A DNA stretch of 64,000 nucleotides from positions 103,914,001-103,978,000 of the forward strand of contig NC_045696.1 in NCBI RefSeq assembly GCF_009834535.1, read 5' to 3'. The DNA comes from Camelus ferus. Lineage: Eukaryota. The translations under genes were made by a program, and so were the position numbers. The notes under the pieces were generated by a model. The model had not been told where the DNA came from, searched no databases, and worked only from the letters and a program-made list of their open reading frames with translations. Of this stretch, positions 1 through 12,907 are shown piece by piece. Each line of letters begins with the position of its first letter. The stretch's first letter is position 1.

Positions 1-510
1 GGGCTCTTCCTCAGCCCGCCTGCAGGCTCATCTTGCCTCCTCCACTGCCAGTGAGATTGACGTAAAGGGCAACCCAACCATCACTGCTCTTCCCTGGAAG
101 GAGTCATGCACAGCTGTCTGTCTATTTTGGCCCCCCGTCACTTTGAGGCTCAGGGCTCCCTAACAATGTGCTCTGGCCACACGCAGCATGTGCCTTCTGT
201 GGCCCCAGCACACCTCGTTCTTTACGCTTCCAAGACTTTCCACACGCTGCCTCTTTCTCCTAGAAAACCCACCCCAACCTTCACTGGGGTAACCCTCAGT
301 TGTGACCTCTGGAAAATCTGTGAAGAAAATAACTGACGAAGATAACCCAGATCTCTACAGCTCACTATGCATTTTGCACACATGGGATCTCCTAGAACGT
401 GGGGTGGTAATGAATAGTGAAAAAAAAAACAGGTTATTTATGAGATCTGATATTTATATTTCCTCCATGAAGTACACTTGGTAAACCAAGATTTATCATT
501 CTAGTCGCTA

Positions 511-630
511 ACACGCAATTTCCCTGAAAAAATGAAACGACCTATGAATACATACACATTTTCTCTGAATAATGAGATGACCAATGAATATCCCCACCTT
601 TTCTTTGAATAATGAAATGGCCTATGAATG
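511..630. repeat. Degenerate 40-bp tandem repeat, about 3 copies
   Basis: Units 511-550, 551-590 and 591-630 share a tttctntgaataatgaaatgacctatgaat-like core at exact 40-nt spacing. Confidence 0.8.
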
Positions 631-1627
631 TTTATACATCGTCCAGCTGAACAGAGGCGGACAGATAGAGTAGTTCCCAACTAAACTAAATCGGCATGAA
701 AAGAAGCAAAGATACATTGTTTAACGGCAGTTCCCTGCTATCTGAAAGGCTAATTAACTTTGGCAGTGCTTTTACCAGGGCTGCCAAAATGGGTTTATTA
801 TCTCTCAAAAACATAAAGCTAAAAAAAAAACCCATTACAAAAATATGTTTCAAAATTAGAGACTGCTAATCCTGATGCAGTGCATTCTAATAAGTCACCC
901 TGGTGGCTGCAGGGCATTATGGCTTTCCCTAAAAAACAGAGAATATGTTCTTTCTCCTGAGGCTAGAACACATAAATATTCACAAGCTGGGAATAAAACG
1001 TCCAGACTTGATAATGAAGCTGCCAAAACAAATCCTTATAAACAAAGGCCAGCCATCAACAGGAGTCAAATATTCTGCTCCAGGCCATTATTTCAGGTTG
1101 GAGAATTTTTTGAGGATCTGACAAAGCTTTGCTACCATTTTAGAAGTGCAATTTCATGACTGACAGTGTTTGCCAAGATGTCGTGGATTTTCTGGGCATC
1201 TGATGACTTAATGATGCGTTAATATCCAACTGTATTTATGAGAAATTGTTTTTGATAGGGAAAGATGAAGATGCATGGAAGAAAAACTTCACTTCCAGAA
1301 GAGATACCAAACGACTTGGTCTTTTAAACAGGAAGAGGACCAGGTAGCCTGAGTCCCCGGGCCTGTCCAGGAACTGAATGACCAGGTCCTGACTGCCTCA
1401 TCCACTGCTCCATCCCTGGAGCTGAGAGGGTACCTACCTAGCACATGGTGGAGACATGTGTGAATGAATTCAACTGGGAAATGCCCCATCTTTAGATGCT
1501 TCAAGAAAAATGTAAGCCTTCTATAATCTGTAGCAATGAATATGGCATGTTCCCACAGTGCTTATTAAAATATTCAGATTTTGATGGAAATATTAAAAAT
1601 GAAGGCTGTTGTGAGTGAGACTGACTT

Positions 1628-2089
1628 GTGACAGACCAAACTCTCTTTGACCAAACTTTAGTCTCCTCTGAACCTCTTCCCAACCTGGGCCTGGACCTCT
1701 GGACTTTCATGTCCTTTGGCTTTACGTCTGCCTTTGCATGCTGCTAAATCCTGCTAGGTGGGTTTAGACAGAACCTCCCACTCTTGATATCTGATCACCC
1801 CTGGTATCTGATCAAATTCCTCATCCCCCAGTGGTATCTGATCACTCTGGTCTGCCTTCAGCATGAGTTCTTTAGCCAGAACCCCCTCACCCTTGGTGGC
1901 TCCTCTTAGTAATCTTCCATCCACTGACTCCCACCCTGCTACTTGGCTCCCAATCCCCACTTGTCCAGGCTGTGTTTGGAACTGAGCCCAGTTCTATACC
2001 AAGGTCTCTTTTCTCCTACTGCATTAATTCCTGAGTAAGATCTGTTTTTCCTGCTTTACCTTCTGTCTGGCTCTGGTTCTTCTTCAACA
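1628..2089 (+). mobile_element. ERV1 solo LTR, MER31-like
   Basis: Starts tgtgacagaccaaactctctttgaccaaactttagtc, has three internal tatctgatca repeats and ends ttcaaca. Family assigned from memory. Confidence 0.65.
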
Positions 2090-2099
2090 GTTATGTACT

Positions 2100-2516
2100 A
2101 CAATCTTTCCTCCTCTTCCTGAACACTTGATTAGATCCCATTTCTAAGGTGCTCGTGGCAGTTAGAGCCACGTGACTAAGTACCCGCCAATGGAGTGGAA
2201 GGACATCCACCCATCTGGGTTTAGGCTTTCAGATCCTGGTGTGCCCCCTTCACACTCTCTTCCTTCCCTCTGGCCACTACTGAGGCACAGCAGCAACCCA
2301 GGTGCAGTCACATAGACGTCCCTAAGGCATGGTGGGAGCAACAACCCAGAAGGAACCTGGGGCCCTGAATGAACAGGTGGAGACAAGTCATACAATCTGG
2401 AACTACTCATCTCAGAACTTCATGCAAGGAAGAGAGAAATCGCTGTGATTTAAGCCAATGCATTCTTGGCTCTCTTTTATAACAGCATGCAACCTAGCCT
2501 TACCCTGACTAACACA
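2100..2516 (+). mobile_element. MaLR LTR fragment, MLT1-like
   Basis: ccacgtgactaag...ccaatgg segment and a typical 3' end tttaagcca...ccctgactaacaca. Confidence 0.6.
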
Positions 2517-2966
2517 AAAATGATTATATCTGTGACGATAAGTTTTTCTTCAAGAAAAACTCATGCTATTGTAGCCTCGTTAGAAACCTACCTTCATACT
2601 GAAAATTGAAAGACCTAGCACTGCTACTACTGTAGGCCTTCAAAGAATTTACTTCAGAGCTCTTATTTACATTTTTATATGCATTTTCCACACCTACTTA
2701 TGCCACAAAGCTCAAGACAGAACCCTGAGGCTGATCTCCACACCCATGAGAAAATGTATTGTGCTGTAGCCATAATCTGAGCAATTACTGAGTTCTGCAC
2801 AGAACATTGAGGCAAGCAGAGGAGACGTGTAAGACCAGTGACACTCTTACCAGAAAACACAATTCAAAACCTGATATGGCTGGAGACTGGAATAAGCTTA
2901 TACCACTGATTTTTATAATTTATGCAAATTAAAGAATTTATTATTTTATATTATTAATAAAATGAA

Positions 2967-3090
2967 TTTATTTATTTATTTATTTGGGGGGTTATTTATT
3001 TATTTATTTTTAATGGAGGTACTGGGGATTGAACTCAGGACCTTGTGCATGCTAAGCATGCGCTTTACCACTGAACTCTACCCTCCCCCC
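2967..3090 (-). mobile_element. tRNA-Ala-derived SINE, camelid Vic-1-like
   Basis: Reverse complement reads ggggggagggtagagttcagtggtaaagcgcatgcttagcatgcacaaggtcctgagttcaatccccagtacctcc with a (TAAA)n tail. TSD a(a/g)taaaatgaa at 2956-2966 and 3091-3101. Confidence 0.9.
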
Positions 3091-3109
3091 AGTAAAATGA
3101 AATTCTCAA

Positions 3110-5170
3110 AATATGAACTCAGTATACTCTTCTAAGTCTTTCACTTTCTGGACCACTTTGCTCTGTTTGATGTGCTTACCCACTGAACGCCCCCTTCCTT
3201 AGCTCTCATAACATCACACTCCTGCCTTCTTCCTATCCGCTCACCATCTCCTCTGGGGACCCTCCTTTCTCTCTGGGCTATCATTGGTTGGTGCTCTTAC
3301 AGGACTCTGTTTTGGGCCCTTCCCTTGCTCCTCAGGCTCTGTGTATGATACCTAATTGAAGCCCAGCGCTTCGGCTACCATCGACATGCCGAACTCTGAA
3401 ATCAACCTCTATCTCCCTGGAAGACCATGTTCCTGAGCCCCACAACTACTCAGCCTTTACCACCTTCCAGAAATCATCACTTGGAATCTGATGACAGCAC
3501 AGACTGAGAACAGAGACCCGTCCATATAACTTTGCTCCCAACCCTCCCCTCTTCCGTGCTCTCTCTTTTGGGGAGGGGCACCACCACCAGCCAGAGACCC
3601 AATCAGAAACTGGGGCACCATCCTCTCTCTCTTCCTCACCCCCATCCAACCTGTCACCAGGTCCTATAATCCCACCTTGTGATATTCTCTCAGATCCACC
3701 CCCTCTCTCCATCTCTGTGAGTTCCAGAATGAATCATTTATTCACTTAACCGAACACTTAATCATGCTCTTCCCATGTGCCAGGCACTGTCCTAGGTACT
3801 TGGGATACACCTGCACTCAACAAAAACAAATAAAAACCACTGCCTTCAGGGAGCTTACATTCTAGCTTGGGGAAACAGATAACATATAGTGAACACGCTA
3901 AATGAGTGTGTGTGTGTGTCTGTGTGTGTGTGTTAGAAGGTAACAGAGGCTGTGAAATGCTGATGAATTTATTACATGGAAGAGCAAGGTAAGGGAGACC
4001 TGGAGACTTGGGTGGAAGGAGAGTGGAGAGCGCACTGGTATTTTAACTGCAGAGTTCTGAGTCATCTTACTGAGAAGGTGACATTTGAGTAAAGACTGGA
4101 AGGAGGTGAGAGAAATGGCCATAAAGCTACCCAGGGAACAGCCACCTAGAGAGAGGACACAGTCACCACAAAAGCCCTGCCATCGGCAGCGGGAAGCAGA
4201 GTGGGGGTCAGAGTGGCTGAAGCGGATGAATGAGGACGAGGAGGGGAGCAGGGCGGGTCTGACGGGCAAGGGAAGGAGGGAGAGTACAAAGGGTCTTGCA
4301 GGTCATTTTAAGTTCCTGGGCTCTGACTGTGCAGGCTCTCTTCTGAATCGCTGTCCCTGTCATAATGGAACCACCACCACCAGCTTCCAATCCATCCTCC
4401 ACCTCACGGTGGCTGGAGATCAGCAGAATTTCACCCCTTCCCTCTCCAGCTCTCTGACCACCTTCACACTTGGAGTCCACACTCCTTAGCTGGGCATTCA
4501 AAGCATCAGATGACCTAGTCCCTACCCTTCTCCACTCCAAGCTCAAGCCCATGGCTGGGCTGTCCACCTCCCCACACCTTCGCACAGGTAGGTCTCACCA
4601 CCCCAGGGACTGTTTATCATTGGCTGTTATGTGACTTGTTCCTGCCCACCCACTGGGTCCCTTTCTCTTGGTGCCTTTCCCGATCTCCCACCCCACCTCT
4701 CCTCCTTGCCCCAAGCTGGGTCCAGCTGCCGTCTTCTGGCTCATACCCCAGATATGATACCCAAACTACTTCCACTTCTTCTTACTCTTTTTCCACATTG
4801 TTCTCTAATCCTCCTGCTGCTGCTATACCTGCACTGGCCACAGCTCACTGAGGCCGCTCTTGCACCACGCACCGCATCTGTCTTTCCAGGGTGAGTGGGC
4901 CCTCCGAGGGCAGAAATAGCTTTTCTTCTGGGAACCCTCAGAAGCTCCTCTCCCCTTCATTCCTGCAGTCCAGCCACACATTGGCCTTTTTGTTACTCAT
5001 GCCCAGCTCTTCTAGCCCCAGGCCCTTTGCACTTGCTAGTCCCTCCATCCTCCTTCCCCAGATCGTCACAGGACTGGCTCCTTCACACCTCTGAGGTGTC
5101 TGCTCGCGTGCTACCTCCTGTTAAATGAGCCAGGCATGTGTGACAGTACCTGCCATGTGATAGGTGTTTA
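3110..5170. mobile_element. Cluster of old L2 LINE fragments in both orientations
   Basis: L2-typical segments such as ccaggcactgtcctagg...gccttcagggagcttacattctag, gtgacatttgagtaaagactggaagga and ggccctttgcacttgct. Confidence 0.6.
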
Positions 5171-5180
5171 AAAATAAAAT

Positions 5181-5315
5181 GGGGGGAGGAGGGTATAGCT
5201 CAGTGGTAGAGCACGTGCTTAGCATGCACCAAGTCAATCCCCAGTACCTCCATTAAAAACAAAAAAAGAATTAAATTTTTTTAAAAATAAAATAAAAATA
5301 AAAAATAAAAACAAA
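5181..5315 (+). mobile_element. tRNA-Ala-derived SINE with a deletion in the B-box region
   Basis: ggggggaggagggtatagctcagtggtagagcacgtgcttagcatgcac...aatccccagtacctcc followed by an A-rich tail. Confidence 0.88.
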
Positions 5316-8300
5316 ATGTATTGAATAAATGCTGATTGAATCTTCACTTCCTCGGATGTAGAAAAGAATATCTAATTCCTATTCATGAATGCAAAGAAAA
5401 AAAAACAAACCAAGAAGTGTTGACTAAACACAGCCTATTGATGGTAATAACCTTCCTGCTGGCTGAACATAGTCCTGTGAGGGTTTAAAAAAAAGCACCT
5501 TTGTCACAAGGTGTGTGACATTCACGAAGAGGCAGCTTCCACTGCAAAGACCTTCAGAGCCAGGATAGGTGTCCTTGTGGAGGGAAACATGGGGGTGTCT
5601 GGCCCCTACTGACTCAGCTCCCTACACCCCACGTGCTGGCCCAGACAGTCCCCTTCACCAGACCAGGGTAATGGGCACACTTCAGGATGCACTGCCTTCA
5701 AGGAGGCCATAAAAATTAATCATTCATGAAGCTGAACTGGCACCTGGAAGGCAGCAGGCACAGCTGCTGGCCCAGATCCCAAAGTCCCAGGGGAGGCAGA
5801 GGCCCAAAGTGGGTCCGCTTTGCTGGGAGTCCTGCTCACTCTTCCGTGATATGCGTGTTTGTAATGACAAATCAACTTCTATTGTTTTTAAAGATGGAAT
5901 TTGTTAAGTGACATGAATTAATTAAACATGCATACTCCACCCACTTTCTATAAACGATTGAAAGCAGCTCGTAAAAATACAGTGTTGGACAGAATAGAAC
6001 AAGGCCAGAAGTTCAAGGCCGGGGGAAATGAAGGCAGATGCAGCTCAGGCAGCCGGTCCTCAGAATCGCGCCTCTAGAGTGGGAGCTCCGGAAGCGGCCC
6101 TGTCACAGGGGCCTGCCGTCGCTGTGGCAGAACGAGGGGCCCTGGGACCTGGCCTGGCCTCGTCAGGAAAGGAGGCTGGGCCCGGAAGGCTCCAGGCTGC
6201 TGCGGGACAGAAAACTCCACGTCTCAGGCTCTCAGCGGGGACCGGGCTCAGTGCTTTACTCTGTCACCTTAGTTAGACCTCACAAGGATGCTATAGGGAG
6301 GCATTACTATCCCCATGTTCCAGAACAGAATGTTGAGGCCCAGAGAGGTAAAAAGATTTGCCCTACATCAAATAGGTGACCATGGCCTCAGAGGATTGGA
6401 TTCTGTGGTAGAGGCTCAAATCTACTGTGACAGATACATGACAGGCAATTACGACCTGTGGTTCTCACTGAGGTTCTGAATTCACTCTGCAACCAACCCA
6501 GACCAGCAACTCTTACACGCCAGGCTTGGGCTGGACACCAGTGATCCAGGAAGGAGTAAGACCCAATGTCCTGGGGAGCTGGTGGTGCAGGGAGGGCAGA
6601 GACAACGATGCTGGGAGGACAAGCTATAGTGCGCCCAGCGGAGGCCTGCACGCTGCCCTGCGGCCCTGCCCAAGGGGTCCCCGTCTCTGGGAAGAGCCAG
6701 GTGGCCCCCAGAGGCCTCAAGGTGTCCAGGGGCCTTCCAGCAATAGCTGACCAGTCTGTAGGCAGATCCATTCTCACGCCTGGGACTCTGAAACCCAGCA
6801 AGAGAAAAGCGAGCAGAAGCTGCCAGCTGCCAGGGCTGAAGCAAGGTAACTTCCACAGGCTGAGGCTGCCCTGGGTCTGGCCAGCTCAGAGGCCTAGTGG
6901 CCTCTCTGTCCGCGGGCTACTCATAGGGCACATATCAATCAGCGTGGGACAGCAGGCCTGTGCCAGCTGTTAGCACACTGAAGCCCCGCTGTGCCCAAAG
7001 GAGCAAAGCCACTTCCCCTCGCTGCCTTCCCTGCACCCTACCCTGTGTCCTCCTGCCACCCCCGATGCTCCAGCCCAGAGAGTAAAGGGTTAATGCCCAG
7101 CACAGCAAGTAGCCTCCACCCCTGCTCTAGTCCTAAGGCCAGTTAAGGTCTAGTCATTAAACATTTTGTTCTGAGACCCCTCCTGTACATCCTGTTTTCA
7201 GGTTAAGTGAGGCAGAGGCAGCGCCTGATACAAGCAGAGAATCTCTCCTCATATATTGAGAGAGGTTTCCAAGAAGGGGTAACATCCCAGGGGGCCTCAA
7301 AGGAGCTACAGAAGGCATCCAGCAAGCCAAATGGCAGGTGCGAAGGCCTGAAGGGTGAGGGGCCAGCAAGCCGTGGTTGGCAGTGGGAGAGGGTCCCAGC
7401 AGAAAGGCTAGAGATGAGGAAGAAAGCCAGTGTCTTCTCCATGGGCTCTGACATGGGCTGGACTCGACCCAGGGTGTTTTCCAGCCCGTGAGACACAAGG
7501 ATAGATGCCCACACTTGCTGAACACAGAAAAGAAGGCCCAAATCCTCAGGACTTCATGACCTCCAGCAGGACATGAAACCCTAGAATGACATGGAGTTTC
7601 ATGATGTTTCTACATAAAATGGCTCACTTCGTCTCCCCCAGGATACCGGACGATAAGAAGGCTGAGATGCAGAGGGTTAGCCTGGAACTCCTGGATCCAC
7701 ACTGTAGCCCACTGTGAACAAACGGCCCTGGCTGCAGGGAGGCCATCCGTGGTTCCACCAGGCTAGTGCGACCTGGGGTGAGCTGGCACCCAAAGCATTC
7801 CGTCAAAATAACATCTTTGTCATGGAGCATGCCCCCCATCCCCTCTGCTCATTCAGTAAACTCTGCCAGGGATGTTACATGCCCCCCAACACATTTGCTG
7901 AGGCCTGGCCCATCAATTTATTGCTACCTGTGCCTCTCATTTTAGTGCCATGCCATTTCCATATGCACAATTTCTACTCTCTTTGCAAATATTTTTCAGC
8001 CTAAGGGCTCTCAACCAAGAGCAAGCTGTCTCTACTCCCATGAAGAATGAAAAGGTTGAAGGAATGTCTTCCATGTATATGGCTTTGCAACTGGTAATGT
8101 GCCTCCTCCTCTATCATCACACTTACTTTTCATCCCAACCCTGCATGGTCAGAGTCGTCATCCCCATTTTTGAGAGAGAAAGCTGAGGCTCAGAGAGACT
8201 CAGGGACTTACCTGCTGCCCTGAATGGGAACAGCCAAGTCAGGATCCAAGGACTCCTAACCCAGTGCTCCCAGCCATTTCTCAAACTGAAGAACAGCAGG

Positions 8301-8576
8301 ATGGGAGACTGCAGACAGCAGTCAGGCCTGGGCGCAAATCTCAGTTTATCTGCTGTGTGGCCTTATACAGGTGCCCTCACCTCTCTGGGCCTCTGTCCTC
8401 TCAATTGTGAAATGGGATTAACCTGAAGGATTGTTCTGAAGATCAGACTCCCGGCAAACAGTACTCACTAGACAAATGTAGGCCACTCCCCTGTCCTGTA
8501 ATTCTCCAGTCAGCCTTTTGATTCTAACTGAGACAACAGACTATTGAAAATGACTTTTAGGAAAAGTGCAATTTAC

Positions 8577-8703
8577 CTGTTAGCCACCAGAGTGCAGTCA
8601 ATTTCTGGGCGCTTCGTTTTGGGAATGACATACAGTGGGTACCTGTCCCCGTGTCGAATGAACACATGCACGGAGACCAGCTTAAAATGATGCGGAGCGT
8701 GAC
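8577..8703 (-). CDS. PXYLP1: PXYLP1 coding exon (127 nt): (G)HAPHHFKLVSVHVFIRHGDRYPLYVIPKTKRPEIDCTLVAN(R)
   Basis: Acceptor cttctctcttgcAG at 8705-8704; donor AACAG|GTAAAT at 8576. The histidine acid phosphatase motif RHGxRxP (RHGDRYP) is at 8656-8636, and the His is residue 97 of the spliced protein. Confidence 0.97.
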
Positions 8704-9522
8704 CTGCAAGAGAGAAGCACACGGTCTGGTTACCACCCAGGAACTGCCCAGCACTTTCACTATGCCGAGGCGGGGAGGGGTGACCACGTGGAAGGGTGCC
8801 ATGCTGGGTGCGAGGGGCCTCTGACTAGCCTCACAAGGCAGGGCAGAGGAACATGAGAGGGCTGGTTCTGTCCCAGACCCCCAGAAGCCATGGGGAGGCT
8901 GTAGGGGTGTGGCTGGGGACTAGGGGCCAGTGAACTGTAGGCAAGACTGTTCATGGAGCCCCACGCACATCTGCAGACTAGGGGGAGGCCCGCAGAAACA
9001 CTGGAAACAACGACTTCTGCTTTACATCTCTCTTGGAACAAGGCAGGGCACAAACAGACAAATTCAACATCATTCTCTAATACACTTTCAAAAAGGAAAA
9101 CTCAACAAGGAAATTGTATTTTTCCACATCTTTACTGCCAGACACCACTGGAGCAGCCTGGGGAGGTCCTAAGCCTGAAGAGAGCCTGCCTGGGAAAGGG
9201 GTGAGCGGAGGGCGACACCCTAGAGCCTGCGGAGGCCACCTTTCTATTCCGCTGGTGTCTCACTGAAAAGCATGATGATGGCAAACCTTTGTGGAGGGCG
9301 TATCATGAGACTCGTGCTGCTCAAAGTGGCTACTTACTCCTCCCAGCAGCCTGGTGAGCGGGTGCTGCTCATCACTCCCATTTTACAGATGAGGAAACTA
9401 AGACCTGAGAGCCTATCCAAGGGCCCAGCCTAGTGGCAACTGCAGGACTTGGACCCTGGCCATCCAGGTCCTTAGATGCTGCTTGGAGATGGTACCAAGT
9501 TGGGTGGCACAGCCAGGCCTAC

Positions 9523-9681
9523 CTTCCATGCTGCGCTCAGCCACGCTGGGAGTGTTGCAGTACAACAGGGCTTCGTAAACAGGGTCCACCCCCGGGGGCT
9601 CCGTCACTGGCTCAGGCATGATTCTCTTTCGACTCTTGCTGCTCACTTCATTTTTAGCTGTCGACACCGGGATCAGGTGGA
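9523..9681 (-). CDS. PXYLP1: PXYLP1 coding exon (159 nt): (F)HLIPVSTAKNEVSSKSRKRIMPEPVTEPPGVDPVYEALLYCNTPSVAERSME(G)
   Basis: Acceptor tttacttttccctgcAG at 9683-9682; donor GAAG|GTAGGC at 9522; phase 1 at both ends; overlaps ORF 9413..9667(-). Confidence 0.97.
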
Positions 9682-11079
9682 CTGCAGGGAAAAGTAAAGC
9701 AGGTCATGACACATGTGGTCACTGGGCTGAGTGGGGGTGGGCTGTGGACAGACCAGCTGGAAGGGCCCAGAATGCAGCTGAATTTTCATCAGTAACTGCT
9801 GTCTCCCTCAGAGTTAGGCTGGACTTCAACGTAGCAAAAAGTCAGCTTCTCATTCAAGAACTGTTTCTTGAGCCCCGCTCCAGGCCCTGCCCCTTTCTCA
9901 ATGCCACTACCCTCTCATCACCAATAATTATCTATGCAACGCTGAGGGGCCACCCTGACAAAGGGGGCCACACCTACAATGGTCAAGGAAGAGCTTACAC
10001 ACTAACTTTGTGCAACCTGACTACTTTGTTCTGAACACCCTTTGAATTCTGGTAAATACTAAGTAGGAAGACCATTGCTTATGGAGCGCCTACAAAGTGC
10101 TGGACAGGTGTCTATCATATCTCATTTAATACCACCTACTTTGCATCTTGTGGCCCCCAGAGCCCAATCACAGGCATCTGCTCATTCATCCTCAAGAGAC
10201 CATTTTACAGAGAAGAGAGCCAGGGACCCAAGGGGAGGGGGAGGTGGCTGCCCAAGGCATACGTGATGGATGGAAAGCCATCTCAAGCTCACTGCTCTGC
10301 CTCCAGACCAGGTTCGCCCCCACCGTCTGCTACATGTCATGCGTGGGCCCTGTCATCTGCGTGCGACGTTTGTCCACCTAGCATCCCTCTGTCAGCGAAC
10401 CACTCCTCCCCCTGCCCAGGTGAAGCCGTTGAACTGTCAATCACAACGCCCCACCTCCTTCAGAGAGGTAGGGCACAGACACGGAAGTCTCCTTTTCTCC
10501 TGGACGCTGATCTCTAGGAACGGAAACCTGGGGCTGCCCCAGCCATCTGTCCCTCCACAGATGAAAATGAGGCTAAGTAGAGACAAGCCAGATGGACAAA
10601 TGAAGAGCATTAGAGAGAGAAAGGAAGACCTGAGGACATCCATCCTCTGAGCCTCTGGGTCCAGATGTGGTCGAGGCCAGAACTTCCCTTAGATGCCCCA
10701 GATCTGTGAGTCGAGAAAGTCCTCTTCTTACTTAAGCTAGTTTGAGCTGGGTTTCAGTTACTTCCAACCAAATGAGTCCTGATTCATGCACTTTATCAAT
10801 TATGTATAAGTAGATGTAAGCCCAGGTTCTGGGTCAGTGGTCCCCAATCTTTCCAAGAGTTCCCAGTCTGGAACTCCCTACATAAAATAATAGTTGTATT
10901 TCTAGCATCTGACAACTGAGGAAATACCCGGAAATAGGAGTGTCCATGAATCATTTAACATCTAAAAGGCTTATTAATCATCATGTAATACATATGCATA
11001 CATTTGAACAACAGCATAAACGGGCCCAATCACCAGTCTAAATCCATTTAAACTCCCCACCTTCTTCTACAAATTCTTC

Positions 11080-11960
11080 TAAGTAAATATTTAAAACTTG
11101 CCTTTGGCAAACAGACGTTATAAACAAAGGTAAAAGACAAGTTAGCCACTGAAAGGAAAATGTTTGCAACACATAACAAATCATTAATATTCAAAGAGCA
11201 TAGATCTCCTATAGCTGATAAATGAATAAAGGACATAAACAGGCTCATTATAGAAAAATAAATACCAGTGGCAATAAACATATGAAAAATGTTCAACATT
11301 TATACATATTTAAAGAAATACAGAAACAGGATATGATTCTCTCCCACCCCTGTCAGACTAGAAATTCACGTTTTAATAATATCATCAGTCCTAGCCACCA
11401 CATGGAACCCACACTTCCAGACACTGCAGGTGAGAGTGGAAATTGGAAGGACTTTTCAGGAGTATCTGGCAGTCACCACCAAAACGTGACATGTGCTTTT
11501 TTTCCCTGATCTCATTATTATACCTCTTGGAATCTATTTGAAAAAGACATCAGTTCTCATCACAGAGACGAATGGCTGAAGAGATTCACTGCGATGCTGT
11601 TTATAATGACAAAAAAAAAGGGAAATGACCTAAATCTCTCTCATTAGCAGAACAGAATGTTACATCCACCGTTCGGAATATTTTGCTACAGTTACAAGAA
11701 TGGAAAAGCATCAAAGATGAATAAAGCAAATGAACCAAGTCACTGAATAGTTATGTATTTCTCTTTGTGGAAAGAAAAGAAAACCTACACATGTATTTGA
11801 AGGCATTTTTATTATGTAAATGAGCAGAAAAATGTCTCCGAGGACATCCTTCGCGATGCAGCAGGGGCTTCCTCTGGGGGATGGGTGGAATGGGGCGTGA
11901 AGAAGTATTTTCACTGGTTTTTCTGTAACTGTCTATATTGTTTTATAAATCCACATAGAT
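11080..11960 (+). mobile_element. Ancient L1 (L1ME-like) 3' fragment
   Basis: Degenerate L1 ORF2-end segments: ggcaataaacatatgaaaaatgttcaac, gcaggtgagagtggaaattgg, gatgctgtttataatgacaaaa. Confidence 0.65.
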
Positions 11961-12546
11961 ACATATGTGTATATAGCTACAGTAAGCACATATTACATAT
12001 ATTCTATATGTATAGAAATATATGTATATTTCTATAATGCCTAGATACACCTCTTTTTTCCCAATAAGCATATTTCATTCATTACTTGTGATAAAACAAT
12101 CACAGAGCTACAGAGTTGGCCCTTCACCAACTCAGATTAGCTCTTTGGTTAGTCCTAGAGCCATCTCCTTCCTGGAAGGGTCCAGAACTGCTGACACACA
12201 GCTCAGGTGTCCAGAGGTCATTTCTGGTGGGTTGGCGGGCAGATTTGTGCCGCAGCAAGGGAATGATGTCCTCAGTCAGTATGTTAATGACCCAGCACTC
12301 CCGGAGGCTGTGTGGCGCTCCTCAGTGCTTGACTCTGCTCCTTTGAGAAGTGGTACCAGGTTCTGGCCCCTTGGCCTTGCCTGTGGGCACACTCCCTTTG
12401 AGTCTGGGCCAGGGAGAGGTGACATGATAATAGGCTGACACAGGGGCAGAGGGGCATGAGTCCCTGGACATCCCAGAGTCCCTACAGTTTGCTGATTTAT
12501 CTGAGAGCACACAGGGGAAGGCTTGTGGGGGCTGCCACCTGGGAAC

Positions 12547-12907
12547 TGCTATACACTGAATATTTATGTTTCCCCCAAATTCACATGTTGAAATCCTAAC
12601 TGCCAGTGTGATGGTATTTGGAGGTGGGACCTTTGGGAGTGAGTCGGTCAAGAGGGTGGGGCCTTTGAGAATGGGATTAGTGCCCTTATAAAAGAGACCC
12701 CAAAGAGCTCCCCTGCCCCCACTTCTCTGCCATGTGATGTTACAGCAAAAAGATGCCCTCTAGGAAGTGAGCACCCCCTAGACGCCAAACCTGCTGGTGC
12801 TTCAGCCTTGGATTTCCCAGCCTCAGGAACTGTGAGAAATAAATTCCTGTTGTTTATGAGCTGCCAGTTTATGGTATGTTTATTAAGCAGCCCAGTGGAC
12901 TAAGACA
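12547..12907 (+). mobile_element. Complete MaLR solo LTR, MLT1A/MST-like
   Basis: TG...CA termini (tgctatacactgaat...ctaagaca), a cccttataaaagagacccc TATA region, aataaa, and a perfect 5-bp TSD GGAAC at 12542-12546 and 12908-12912. Confidence 0.92.

Noticed and set aside
511..630. CRISPR-like repeat-spacer array
   Set aside because: Mammalian intron; the repeats are degenerate, the variable blocks are only about 10 nt and related to each other, and there are no cas genes.
1..8576. Next PXYLP1 exon, expected to begin KPYHPKLEAF
   Set aside because: I found no matching minus-strand sequence by eye. It presumably lies left of the window, so this is not evidence of gene truncation.
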